A stretch of DNA of 64,000 bases from Deltaproteobacteria bacterium (GTDB taxonomy: Bacteria > SAR324 > NAC60-12): positions 32,966 through 96,965 of the forward strand of contig NYTS01000021.1 of NCBI GenBank assembly GCA_002683655.1, in the 5' to 3' direction. This document shows, in pieces, positions 19,223 through 28,795 of the stretch (the first letter of the stretch is position 1; the number at the start of each line of letters is the position of its first letter). The notes beneath the pieces are model-generated. The model made no database searches and had not been told where the DNA came from. It saw only the letters and a list, made by a program, of their open reading frames with translations. The translations under genes were made by a program, and so were the position numbers.

Positions 19223-20005
19223 TCATTGCTGGTTGGCCATCGAGCGACCGACCTCTACTGCCAGCTTCTCCCAGATTTCACTCCGAGTTCTTGTAAAATC
19301 CCCAGTGTTCATGGTGTTGATGGAGCGCGGCCGCTCAATAGTGATTGGATAACGTTTGATGATGCGACCCGGGTTGGCGGACATAAGTAGTACCTCGTCA
19401 CCCAAAAATATTGCTTCGTCCAGACTGTGTGTGACATAAAGAACAGTCTTTTTGGTTTCGTCCCAGAGTTTTAGCAATTCTTCCTGGATTAAGAGCCTGG
19501 ACTGTGCATCAAGGGCCCCCAAGGGTTCATCCATCAATAGAATTTCTGGATCATTGGCCAGTGCTCGGATGATGGCAACTCGTTGTTTCATTCCACCAGA
19601 GATCTGATCTGGGAAGTAGTTGGCAAATTTGCTCAAGCCAACTTTCTGAAGCCATTCTCTGGCGATTTCTGTTCGGATCTTTTTTGAAATACCCCGCATC
19701 TCAAGACCAAAGGCAACGTTCTCCAAGACAGTCCGCCATGGAAAGATGGCGTATTCCTGAAAGACGACGTTGTTGATTGGCTGATCCCTGCTCTCCCCAT
19801 GCCGGACGTCAAATTCTCCTGCAGTGAAGTAGTCCAATCCCGCAATGATCTTAAGCAAGGTGGATTTACCACATCCCGAAGGGCCGACGATACAGACGAA
19901 CTGACCTTCCTCAATTTGCAGAGTGGCATCACCAATGGCGGTAAACTCTCCTTCAGCCGTTCTGTAGACTTTCTGACAACCTTGACAACGGATCTTTACG
20001 GACAT
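19223..20005 (-). CDS. ABC transporter ATP-binding protein (NitT/TauT family)
   Basis: Walker A GPSGCGKST, signature ISGGMKQRV, Walker B LLMDEP. Confidence 0.9.
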   Translation of the reverse strand: MSVKIRCQGCQKVYRTAEGEFTAIGDATLQIEEGQFVCIVGPSGCGKSTLLKIIAGLDYFTAGEFDVRHGESRDQPINNVVFQEYAIFPWRTVLENVAFGLEMRGISKKIRTEIAREWLQKVGLSKFANYFPDQISGGMKQRVAIIRALANDPEILLMDEPLGALDAQSRLLIQEELLKLWDETKKTVLYVTHSLDEAIFLGDEVLLMSANPGRIIKRYPITIERPRSINTMNTGDFTRTRSEIWEKLAVEVGRSMANQQ

Positions 20006-20259
20006 GCCGATTTAAAGAAAAGGGAAATCATCAGTGATTTTTTGTGGTGGCGCAGTGAACTGCTAATGAATGGATATAGCGGATCGTAGGAATTGCTGAA
20101 TCAGGGCTGGGTCACACGATGAATGGTGAAGAATTTGTTTTGCAGAATACAGACTGAAGGATATGCATCCGCCTGAGCAACCCAGACCCTGTGACCCGAT
20201 ATTTCATGGTTTTTTGTCACTGGACTGGGTGCAAATCTACGAGAAAATTCTGCTTTCAG

Positions 20260-21303
20260 TCAATAATTCCCCAAGATGCCAAGGGCTCTTTTTGTGAAGC
20301 GTTCATCGACCGAATTGTTCAGATCCAACTCTGTGGTGTATTCCGTCCGGCCATTCAAACGATGCACGCTTTCAATGTCCTTTAGTCCAGCCACTGGAAT
20401 GACAATGTTTGGATCATAGATCAGCTTCTTTCCTGTACGAAGGGCTTTTTCTGTGGTGTTAGTGTTCTTCATGTAGGCTTTGATGTTTTCGTCGTCAAGA
20501 AAGTCATCCCCTTGCATGAGACGAGCTGCCTCTCCCAAAGCGAGTACAAATCGCTCTGCCACATCTGCCCGTTGATTGACAAATTTTCCAGAGCCCACGA
20601 ACGCCACCGTCATCAACCCAGGTGCCAGATCAGATGCGAGCACCTTGGCATGACCATCATTGATTGATTGGGTGGTGTAGGGAGGTCCTGTCAGGGCTGC
20701 ATCAATGGACTGATTTGCCAAGGCCTTGGGCATGTCGGCATTGCCAATCTTTACTTTCTGGATGTCATTGAGCATCATTTTCCCTTGTTGCAAAGCCTTG
20801 GTCAGTAAATACTCACCTCCACTGCCAGGGCCACCAGCGACACCAATGCGCATTCCCTTCAAATCCTGCACACTTTTGATCGAGCCATTGGCCATCAGAT
20901 CTGCTCGGGCAATGAGAGCAGTGGGGCTATTCTTCATTGGTTCCAGACCACCGGGTGCGATAATGCGGAGATCCAGGCCCCGGCTCCAGCCATTCCAGAG
21001 AGAGGTCACGATCGCAATCCCTCCAACATCAATCTTGCCTTCTGACAAAAAAGCAATCGCTTCGGTACCCGATTTCACACGACGCAGAGTTACATCCAAG
21101 CCGTACTTTTCGAACAGCTTCCTGCTGTGAGCGACGTACATGGTCGCAAACTTCATGATGGGCACGTAGGCCACTGTTACTTTTTCAGGTGGGTTCAACG
21201 GTTTCAGACCTTCGTTAGCCAACCCGTTGGAGCTCCAGAGTAAACCAACCGCCAACACAATGATGCTTACCTTACGGGACAAATTCTTGATGTGCCAATT
21301 CAT
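20260..21303 (-). CDS. ABC substrate-binding protein (NMT1/SsuA-like)
   Basis: Signal peptide (VSIIVLAVGLLWSSNGLA), then a periplasmic binding-protein fold sequence. It heads the ATPase/permease operon. Confidence 0.75.
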   Translation of the reverse strand: MNWHIKNLSRKVSIIVLAVGLLWSSNGLANEGLKPLNPPEKVTVAYVPIMKFATMYVAHSRKLFEKYGLDVTLRRVKSGTEAIAFLSEGKIDVGGIAIVTSLWNGWSRGLDLRIIAPGGLEPMKNSPTALIARADLMANGSIKSVQDLKGMRIGVAGGPGSGGEYLLTKALQQGKMMLNDIQKVKIGNADMPKALANQSIDAALTGPPYTTQSINDGHAKVLASDLAPGLMTVAFVGSGKFVNQRADVAERFVLALGEAARLMQGDDFLDDENIKAYMKNTNTTEKALRTGKKLIYDPNIVIPVAGLKDIESVHRLNGRTEYTTELDLNNSVDERFTKRALGILGNY

Positions 21304-21488
21304 GTCATCCTCCTAAAAGTTATTGAAAATAAAGCCCTTGTTTAGAGAGGCCAGGCTTTTTGGTCAAGATATTTCCTGAACTGAAAAATATTGAATCAAT
21401 TATGTCTGTTGAGTTGGTTGCATAAAGTGCATTAAGAAAATGATTGTTGAGCAACTGTCTTTCCCATTAATCAAATCAGAAGAACCAT

Positions 21489-22640
21489 ATGAACAAACGT
21501 CCAATTCTACTATTTGCCTTGGGGATGCTTTTCATCGCAAATTTGGTATCGGCCAATTCCGCATCAATCGGAGAAGACACGCTTAGTGAATTGCTACGAA
21601 GAGTTACTATAGGCTGGAATACAGACTGGTCAAAGCATTCCATAGAATATCGTGAACTACTCTCAGGAGGACCACCTCGAGATGGCATCCCTCCAATTGA
21701 TCGGCCCAAATTCATTGATAACCAGCAGGCAGAACAATGGCTTGCACCGAATGATCCTGTGATTGCGCTGGAACTAAATGGTGATGCTCGGGCCTACCCT
21801 CTGCAAATCATGACATGGCACGAAATCGTCAATGATTCCGTCGGAGAGATACCGATAACCATTACATTTTGTCCACTTTGTAACTCTGCTATTACGTTTG
21901 AACGACATTATCAGGGGACTACTTATGACTTTGGCACCAGTGGTCTACTGAGGCACTCTGATCTGGTGATGTATGACAGGCAGACTGAGAGCTTGTGGCA
22001 GCAGTTTACAGGCGAAGCCATTGTTGGTGCCATGACAGGTGAGCAGTTGCAAATGATTCCCTCAGGGTTGATCGGCTTCAAACAATTTCAAGCAGCATAT
22101 CCATCTGGCAAGGTTCTTTCCAAAGAAACCGGATATTCCAGAGACTATGGGCACAATCCCTATCCTGGCTATGATGATATTCGAAATAATCCTTTTCTCT
22201 TTCAAGATCCCATTGATGGACGACTTTCAGCAATGGCACGAGTTGTTACCATCAGTGATGGGGAGTATCACAATGCGTATCCTGTGAAATTATTAGAAAA
22301 ACTTGGGGTTATTCATCATAAACTAGGGGAACAGTCTTTGGCAGTTTTTCATCAAGCGGGAGTCAGCAGCGCCTTGGACACAACTCGGATCACAAATGGA
22401 ATGGATGTAGGGGCGACTGGTGTATTTATCCCTGTCGTAGGGAACCAAGAATTAATTTTTGTCAAGCGAGCAGGAGAAATCGTTGATGAGCAAACAGGGA
22501 GTCATTGGAACATTGTTGGGCAGGCTGTTCAGGGCCCTCTCAAAGGCAATCAACTGAAGAGGCTTGTTCATGCTGATCAGTTTTGGTTTTCCTGGGCGGC
22601 CTTTCAACCAGACACATTGATTTATCAGTTGGATGAGTAG
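21489..22640 (+). CDS. DUF3179 domain protein (secreted)
   Basis: Signal peptide, then PPRDGIPPIDRPKF and CPLCNS segments that I associate with DUF3179. Confidence 0.6.
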   Translation: MNKRPILLFALGMLFIANLVSANSASIGEDTLSELLRRVTIGWNTDWSKHSIEYRELLSGGPPRDGIPPIDRPKFIDNQQAEQWLAPNDPVIALELNGDARAYPLQIMTWHEIVNDSVGEIPITITFCPLCNSAITFERHYQGTTYDFGTSGLLRHSDLVMYDRQTESLWQQFTGEAIVGAMTGEQLQMIPSGLIGFKQFQAAYPSGKVLSKETGYSRDYGHNPYPGYDDIRNNPFLFQDPIDGRLSAMARVVTISDGEYHNAYPVKLLEKLGVIHHKLGEQSLAVFHQAGVSSALDTTRITNGMDVGATGVFIPVVGNQELIFVKRAGEIVDEQTGSHWNIVGQAVQGPLKGNQLKRLVHADQFWFSWAAFQPDTLIYQLDE

Positions 22641-22908
22641 CTTATTTCAGGAAGGGTGAATGTGACTGTTATTGAATACAAGACAGCCGTGACCAATTCA
22701 AATCAATGAACCTCAGTCAACCTAATGGTTCTGAAGATCAATACATCTGAAGGGGCATCCCATAACTCAAGGAAGATCGTTCAGCAAGCTGAAAATTGAC
22801 GAACGTAAAGTTTGCCTTTAGGAGTTTTTTGAGGATTTCGGTAAATCCAGAAGGAGAAAAAGGAATGCTTAGAGTTTTATTATCGGGTGAAGACAAGGTT
22901 GAGATCAC

Positions 22909-23517
22909 TCAGTCTTCTGAGAATAATTTCCAACCTTGGTACCAGCGAGATATGGCTGTGATTGCACATGCGACTGCAAAAAAGTAGGCCAATTGAGGAA
23001 AGAACAAGGGAAAGAGGCACATGCTGATGAAGAGGACGATCGTCTCAAAACCCTCTGTCAGACCGCCTAGATAGTATAATCCTTTTTGAGGAAAATCCAT
23101 CGCGGTGTCGCCGCGCTTTGCAGCAATGGCCGCATAGGCCAGGAAAGAAGAGCTAGTGCCCACGAAAGAGGTAATCAACACCGCAGCAGGTAAAGCATTG
23201 ACAGGATCAGCGAGAGCAAATCCCAAGGGGAACAGAGCATAAAAAAGAAAATCGCAGCTGATATCTAGAAAAGCACCTCGGTCCGTGGGTTTAGTCTGCC
23301 GAGCTAATGGCCCATCCAGCCCATCTGCAAAACGATTGATCAACAAAAAAAGTAGTGCCAGAAAATAGGCTTTAAAAGCCAAGGCAGGCACGACCATAAT
23401 TCCTACTAAGAAGCCAAGCAGTGTGATCTGGTCAGCCTTCACTCCCCAATGTGCTAGAATTTTCGCAGATGATTGAAGAAACCGTTGCTGCAGAGGCTGA
23501 AGGGCCGCATCAATCAT
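22909..23517 (-). CDS. CDP-alcohol phosphatidyltransferase family protein
   Basis: DGLDGPLAR-x7-G-x3-D-x3-D signature. ATG 23517-23515 overlaps the upstream TGA (ATGA overlap), so the ORF-track start at 23586 is too long. Confidence 0.8.
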   Translation of the reverse strand: MIDAALQPLQQRFLQSSAKILAHWGVKADQITLLGFLVGIMVVPALAFKAYFLALLFLLINRFADGLDGPLARQTKPTDRGAFLDISCDFLFYALFPLGFALADPVNALPAAVLITSFVGTSSSFLAYAAIAAKRGDTAMDFPQKGLYYLGGLTEGFETIVLFISMCLFPLFFPQLAYFFAVACAITAISRWYQGWKLFSED

Positions 23518-25703
23518 CCTCGTCTCCACGCATGAAAGCGCTCTACAAACGACAACAGCGTTGGGTTTACATGAGCCCGACGCCATTCACCGGCTGCATA
23601 CTTGTTGGCTTCTGCCAAGGTGGGGTAGATATGGATGGTTCCAAGGATTTTGTTTAAGCCCAATCCGTGTTTCATTGCCATTACAAACTCACTGATCAGA
23701 TCTCCAGCATGCTCACCTACCAGAGTAACTCCGAGGATCTTGTCCTTGCCGGGAACTGTTAGCACTTTGACCATTCCATTGGCAGAACCATCGGCAATTG
23801 CTCGATCCAGATCATCAATGCCATAGCGAGTCACTTCGTAGGGTGTGCCTTTTTCCTGAGCCTCCAGTTCATTGAGCCCCACTCGAGCTACTTCTGGATC
23901 ACAGAATGTTGCCCAAGGGATCACCCGATAATCCACTTTGAATTTCTTGAATTTACCAAACAGTGCATTGACTGCAGCATACCAAGCCTGGTGCCCAGCT
24001 GTGTGTGTGAACTGGTACGGTCCCGCCACGTCACCAGCCGCTAGAATGTGAGGATAAATTGTTTCCAAGTACTCGTTGGTTTGAACCACCCGACCCACTG
24101 GGATACCTAGCTCTTCCAAACCGAACCCTTTCAGGCGAGGTGCACGCCCCACAGCAACGATCAGTTCATCGAAGCTGATTCGTTTAGTTTCTCGCTGATC
24201 TTCAACTTGAATCCACTTCTCACCATTCGTCAACCCACAACCCACTGCCGTGTAGTTTGTTAGAACAGTCACTCCGTCCCGCTCTAATGATTTTTGTACC
24301 ATCTCAGAAACCTCTGGATCTTCTCGGAGCATGATTCTCGGAGCCATCTCAATTTGGGTTACTGTGGAACCTAATCGGGCAAAAGCTTGGGTTAATTCCG
24401 TTCCTATAGGTCCACCTCCAAGGACGACCAAGCGTTGAGGTGCCTCTTCTCTTCCCTTCAGTTTTTCCCAGAGGGTGTCTGAAGTCAGGTAGCCTACTTC
24501 CTCCAATCCAGGCAGTGGAGGCACAAAGGGAGCTGCTCCTGCCGCAATGATAATTGCTGCGCTGTTCATGCACTGTGAAGAGCCATCTGGTTTTTGGATC
24601 TCAACTGTCCAGGGATCTACGATTTTGGCATATCCTTGAATAACCTCCACTCCCAATGACGTGTAGCGCTCCACCGAGTCATGAGGTTCAATCTCCGCAA
24701 TGACCTGATGCACACGCTTCATTACCTTGGCAAAGGAAAAGGCAGGAGAACTGTCCTGCAGTCCATAGTGAGATGCGTTGTGCATTTGATGTAGCAACTT
24801 GGCACTACGAATCAGCGTTTTGGAAGGCACGCAGCCATAGTTCAGACAATCTCCACCCATCTTATGGGCTTCCACCAGCGTCACCTTGGCTTTCGTGGCT
24901 GCTGCGATGTAGGACGAGACCAAACCCGCTGCCCCAGCTCCAATCACAATCAGGTTACGATCGAATTTCGTAGGCCTCTGCCACTTGGCAAGTAGCTTGC
25001 GCTGCTCAAGCTGTTGTACGAGTGAACGCGCTATCCAGGGAAAAATTCCCAACAACGCAAAGGAAATCAACAACCCTGGTGAGGCGATTCCAGAGAGGCT
25101 CTCAAGTTGAGCCAACTGTGTCCCTGCATTCACGTAAACGATCGTTCCAGCTAGCATCCCTACCTGGCTTACCCAGTAGAAGGTCCAAACACCAATCGGG
25201 GTCAGTCCCATCCCAAGGTTAATCACAAAAAACGGCACGACGGGCACAAGCCGCAGAGTAAACAAATAGAAGGCTCCCTGCTTCTCAATTCCCTCGTTGA
25301 TTCGCTGGAACTGCGAACCAAAACGTTGTTGGACAAAATCTCTCAGCACGAAACGGCTGGCCATCATTGCCATAGTGGCTCCCAAGCTACTGGCGAAGGA
25401 CACCAATAACAGACCCCAGCCCAAACCAAACAAGGCCCCTCCCGCCAGCGTTAGTACAACAGCCCCAGGCACCGAGAGCGCTGTCGAGATGACATATATC
25501 AGAAAGTAAATTAGCGAGACAGTGAATGGTGACTCTGCGTAGGTTGTTGCAAAGCTCTCACGTGAAGCCTGAAGATATTCAAGTGTAAGAAATCGCTGCA
25601 GATCGAAGACAAAGAACAGGAGGATTCCCAGAACAATCACCACAGCAAGTAGCCATTGGTGCAGATCTTTGCGTGAAGTATGGCTTTGGGAGGAGTTGCT
25701 CAT
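23514..25703 (-). CDS. Fusion protein: N-terminal DedA/TVP38-TMEM64 membrane domain plus C-terminal FAD/NAD(P) pyridine-nucleotide-disulfide oxidoreductase
   Basis: The first ~235 aa form a polytopic SNARE-associated/DedA-like domain. They are followed by LIVIGAGAAGL (FAD), GGDCLNYGCVPSK (redox disulfide), VVLGGGPIGTE (NAD(P)H) and a dimerisation domain. Confidence 0.8.
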   Translation of the reverse strand: MSNSSQSHTSRKDLHQWLLAVVIVLGILLFFVFDLQRFLTLEYLQASRESFATTYAESPFTVSLIYFLIYVISTALSVPGAVVLTLAGGALFGLGWGLLLVSFASSLGATMAMMASRFVLRDFVQQRFGSQFQRINEGIEKQGAFYLFTLRLVPVVPFFVINLGMGLTPIGVWTFYWVSQVGMLAGTIVYVNAGTQLAQLESLSGIASPGLLISFALLGIFPWIARSLVQQLEQRKLLAKWQRPTKFDRNLIVIGAGAAGLVSSYIAAATKAKVTLVEAHKMGGDCLNYGCVPSKTLIRSAKLLHQMHNASHYGLQDSSPAFSFAKVMKRVHQVIAEIEPHDSVERYTSLGVEVIQGYAKIVDPWTVEIQKPDGSSQCMNSAAIIIAAGAAPFVPPLPGLEEVGYLTSDTLWEKLKGREEAPQRLVVLGGGPIGTELTQAFARLGSTVTQIEMAPRIMLREDPEVSEMVQKSLERDGVTVLTNYTAVGCGLTNGEKWIQVEDQRETKRISFDELIVAVGRAPRLKGFGLEELGIPVGRVVQTNEYLETIYPHILAAGDVAGPYQFTHTAGHQAWYAAVNALFGKFKKFKVDYRVIPWATFCDPEVARVGLNELEAQEKGTPYEVTRYGIDDLDRAIADGSANGMVKVLTVPGKDKILGVTLVGEHAGDLISEFVMAMKHGLGLNKILGTIHIYPTLAEANKYAAGEWRRAHVNPTLLSFVERFHAWRRG

Positions 25704-25876
25704 TTTTTGTTAATCTTTGAGGTTGTAGATTCTTCTGCAAAAACTCAAAAAATCTACCTTTTTTGTTACATTTTTGCAACAAAATACGACTAAGTGTGGA
25801 TTGGGAGCCAAGAACTCTCTTTAGCACCGCTAAAGAATCGCAGTGAATCTGGATCCAAAAAAATTGTATTTGGAAG

Positions 25877-26977
25877 TCAAACGGACTTCAAAACCTGGGG
25901 GAGGCTTTCTTCCAGGAAATCCAATTCTACGGGCAATCCTGCCGTAAGCCGAATACATCGGTTCAGAGGTGCTACTCCGGGCATTCGTACAAAGACCCCG
26001 AGCTCAACCAAACCTTTCATCACGGCAATCGCATAGTCACCATTTCGACCACAATCAATGGTCAAAAAATTAGCTGCTGAAGGCAATGGCTTCAATTGAT
26101 TGTCCAATGCAATTTGCTGGATGCGTTGTAAAGATCCTTGGACTTGCTGCTGAACTTGATTCAGATGTTCTTGATCTTGCACAGCCGCAAGCGCAGCGAT
26201 TTGTGAGAGGCGACCCAAGCCGAAATGATTGCGTACCTTGTTGAATTCTGTGATCAATTCTGCGTTGCCGATGGCATAGCCCACTCGCATTCCAGCCAAA
26301 CCGTAGGCTTTTGAAAAGGTCCTCAGTCTAATCACTCGGCAATTGTCCATGTCAAATGTTGGAAGAGTGCCTGCTGGCGCAAACTCACCATAGGCTTCAT
26401 CTAGAATCAGCAGGGATCCCTCTGGCACAGCCTGAATCATCGATTCAACATAACCAGCATCCCACCAGCTACCCATTGGGTTGTCCGGATTGGCAAAGTA
26501 GATCAGCTTGGCTTCGTTTTTCTGTGCAGCAGCCAGCAATGCCTCTCCATCCTCACGGTCTTCGTGATAGGGCACGAACTGCAAACTCCCTCCAAATCCT
26601 TGGACATGATAATTGAAGGTTGGGTAAGCTCCAGCCGATGTCAAAACCGTATCTCCTGGTTCAACAAACATTCGCACAAGGTAGCCGAGCAAACCATCAA
26701 TGCCTTCTCCAACCATCACGTTGCCGATTCCCACTCCCAAGTGTTCTGCGAGGGCGACTCTTAGTTCGTAAAACTCCGGATCTCCATACATCCAAGCTTC
26801 ATCAACTCTAGCTTGAATAGCTTGGGATACCTTGGGGGAGGCGCCAAAGACATTTTCATTTGCCCCAATTCGAGCTCGGAATGTGCTGCCCCGGAGACGC
26901 TCCTGAGTTTCTGGTCCAACAAAAGGAACGGTTACGGGCAGTCCCCGAACCAGAGCAGTTACTTGATAATTAGCCAT
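25877..26977 (-). CDS. Class I/II PLP aminotransferase, histidinol-phosphate aminotransferase-like
   Basis: IGANENVFG, NPDNPMG and RTFSKAYGLAGMRVGY (PLP-Lys) motifs. Confidence 0.75.
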   Translation of the reverse strand: MANYQVTALVRGLPVTVPFVGPETQERLRGSTFRARIGANENVFGASPKVSQAIQARVDEAWMYGDPEFYELRVALAEHLGVGIGNVMVGEGIDGLLGYLVRMFVEPGDTVLTSAGAYPTFNYHVQGFGGSLQFVPYHEDREDGEALLAAAQKNEAKLIYFANPDNPMGSWWDAGYVESMIQAVPEGSLLILDEAYGEFAPAGTLPTFDMDNCRVIRLRTFSKAYGLAGMRVGYAIGNAELITEFNKVRNHFGLGRLSQIAALAAVQDQEHLNQVQQQVQGSLQRIQQIALDNQLKPLPSAANFLTIDCGRNGDYAIAVMKGLVELGVFVRMPGVAPLNRCIRLTAGLPVELDFLEESLPQVLKSV

Positions 26978-27093
26978 GAGGAAACCTGATCTAAACGATT
27001 TAGAAATTCTGGTTACAAGTTTATTAAAGTTGATCTTTAGGGTGCAGAAGATGGAAAAGTTACCTGATAGATATTAACCATAAAAGGATATTG

Positions 27094-28005
27094 ATGGAAC
27101 GAAAAGACCATATCGATTTGTTTGGTGGCAGTGTCCTCGTGATCTTCGCGATTGTGATGGGCTTGAACCAGGTAGTGATCAAGGTCGTCAATGATGGAAT
27201 GCAGCCTGTCTTTCAAGCAGGATTGCGCTCGCTGTTTGCCTTTTTTGTCGTTTGGGGTTGGGCCTTATGGCGGGGGAAGCGGATCAGTGTTAGCGATGGC
27301 ACTTTCAAGGCAGGAGTGCTGACGGGCTGCTTGTTCTCGATTGAGTTCATTTTTCTCTTCCTGGCCTTGGACATGACAACCGTCGCCCGCAATTCGATCT
27401 TCTGGTACTCAATGCCTGTCTGGATGGCAATCGGCGCTCATTTCCTGATTGAGGGTGAACGACTAAATGCCCAGAAGGTTCTTGGTCTGATCATCTCCAT
27501 GGTGGGCCTGGTTTGGGCTTTTTCCGATCGAGGACTGAACGGAGAATCGAGCAGTTTGATCGGTGACATGATGAGTATTCTTGGCTCAATGTGCTGGGCT
27601 GGGATTGGGCTTTCGGTACGGGTCAGCAAACTCAAAGAAGCGAGCATCGAAATGCAGCTACTTTACAATCTGGCAGTTTCAGCGATTATTTTGCTACCCT
27701 TTTCCCTGCTCTTTGGTGACTGGATCCGAGATCTGCAAACCATGCACGTCTTTATGCTCGGCTTCCAGGTTGTCATAGTCGTCGCTGGTGGTTTTCTTGT
27801 TTGGTTCTGGGTTCTCACCATTTACCCCGCCTCAGACATGGCCTCCTTTGGATTTCTGACCCCTGCCTTTGGTGTGATCTTCAGTTGGCTCATCCTCGAT
27901 GAAGCGATCAGTTTCACCATTTTGGGTGCGCTGGTGCTGATCTCCGCTGGAATTGTCCTGATCAACTACCGGCCCAAAAAGCCTATCTCCAACGCGAATG
28001 CCTAA
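27094..28005 (+). CDS. DMT (EamA) family transporter
   Basis: Ten-TM pattern with a duplicated EamA-like organisation. AAAGGA lies 5 nt upstream of ATG 27094. Confidence 0.8.
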   Translation: MERKDHIDLFGGSVLVIFAIVMGLNQVVIKVVNDGMQPVFQAGLRSLFAFFVVWGWALWRGKRISVSDGTFKAGVLTGCLFSIEFIFLFLALDMTTVARNSIFWYSMPVWMAIGAHFLIEGERLNAQKVLGLIISMVGLVWAFSDRGLNGESSSLIGDMMSILGSMCWAGIGLSVRVSKLKEASIEMQLLYNLAVSAIILLPFSLLFGDWIRDLQTMHVFMLGFQVVIVVAGGFLVWFWVLTIYPASDMASFGFLTPAFGVIFSWLILDEAISFTILGALVLISAGIVLINYRPKKPISNANA

Positions 28006-28114
28006 TTCCCAACTACGCTTCATCGAGAAGGTAGCTTATAGGCCCTGAGTCCCAACTGCTTTGTATCCAAGGATTCTTCAGAGAAAAGCTCGAGTTAGCT
28101 TTTGGGAAGTGCTT

Positions 28115-28794
28115 TTAGTTAGGGCTTTTGACAACAATTGGCTGAAGTGGAGGGGCAGGGGGAATCAGAGAACGGATATCAGCAAAGGGGTGAATGGGAT
28201 CATGGCGAAAAGCCTCAGCAAAGCCACCCAGTTGACCACACTGGGCTGAACGGGAACGTCCTTGAACTCGGGACATTTCGACAAAGTGCTCTGGCCCCTG
28301 GGTTGTGTGACAGAGAATGGCCTGCTCCTTCAAATCCTGAAAAGGTGTGATATCGACGTAGTAGTTGGGTAGAAACTCATACCCATCATTGGATCCACCC
28401 AAAGCACAGGAGCCCGAAAACTTGCAGCAATCAATGCTCCAGCAGAGACCGCTCGATGATCAGCGTGGTAGTCATTGGGCGCATGCGCTACCAACAGATT
28501 TGGTTTGAGGCGCACCACCTCAGACGTCAACCTTGAAGCAAATTCTTCAGACTGTGGAAGTTCACCATCTGGGAAGTTCAACTGAATCAGGTTGGCGTTT
28601 AAGACTTTGGCAGCAGCGATGGCCTCCTTGGCACGCAACTGTGCAAGCTTTTTGGGATCATGATTTCCTCCCCTTGCACCATCGGTTGCGATCAAGATCG
28701 TTACTGCTGCTCCCATGGATCGCCAAGCCCCTATCGAACCCCCACAGTAAATATCGGCATTATCTGGATGCGCCATGATCAGGGCAATTTGCAT
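28115..28794 (-). pseudogene. PIG-L/LmbE-family deacetylase, frameshifted
   Basis: The N-terminal part (MQIALIMAHPDNADIYCGG...ATDGARGG) is in ORF 28330-28893. The C-terminal part (YYVDITPF...AILCHTTQ...) is in ORF 28115-28402, in another frame. The junction lies near CTTTGGGTGG (28394-28403). The start ATG 28794 is 1 nt after the upstream stop. Confidence 0.75.
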
Positions 28795-28795
28795 C

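Noticed and set aside
22796-22987. A small plus-strand ORF; the 40-codon version from ATG 22865 has AGGAG 8 nt upstream
   Set aside because: It overlaps 79 nt of the convergent CDP-alcohol phosphatidyltransferase gene and has no recognisable family. I cannot support it beyond the SD.
23514-25703. Calling the flavoprotein fusion a mercuric reductase (MerA)
   Set aside because: It has no NmerA metal-binding domain, no C-terminal Cys pair and no mer operon context. The N-terminus is a DedA/TVP38 membrane domain.
25725-25765. Hairpin GTAGATT-N19-AATCTAC followed by T6 as a terminator
   Set aside because: The T-tract follows the hairpin only on the plus strand, where no gene ends. On the minus strand, where the hisC-like gene ends, no U-tract follows. 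I left it as an unexplained hairpin.
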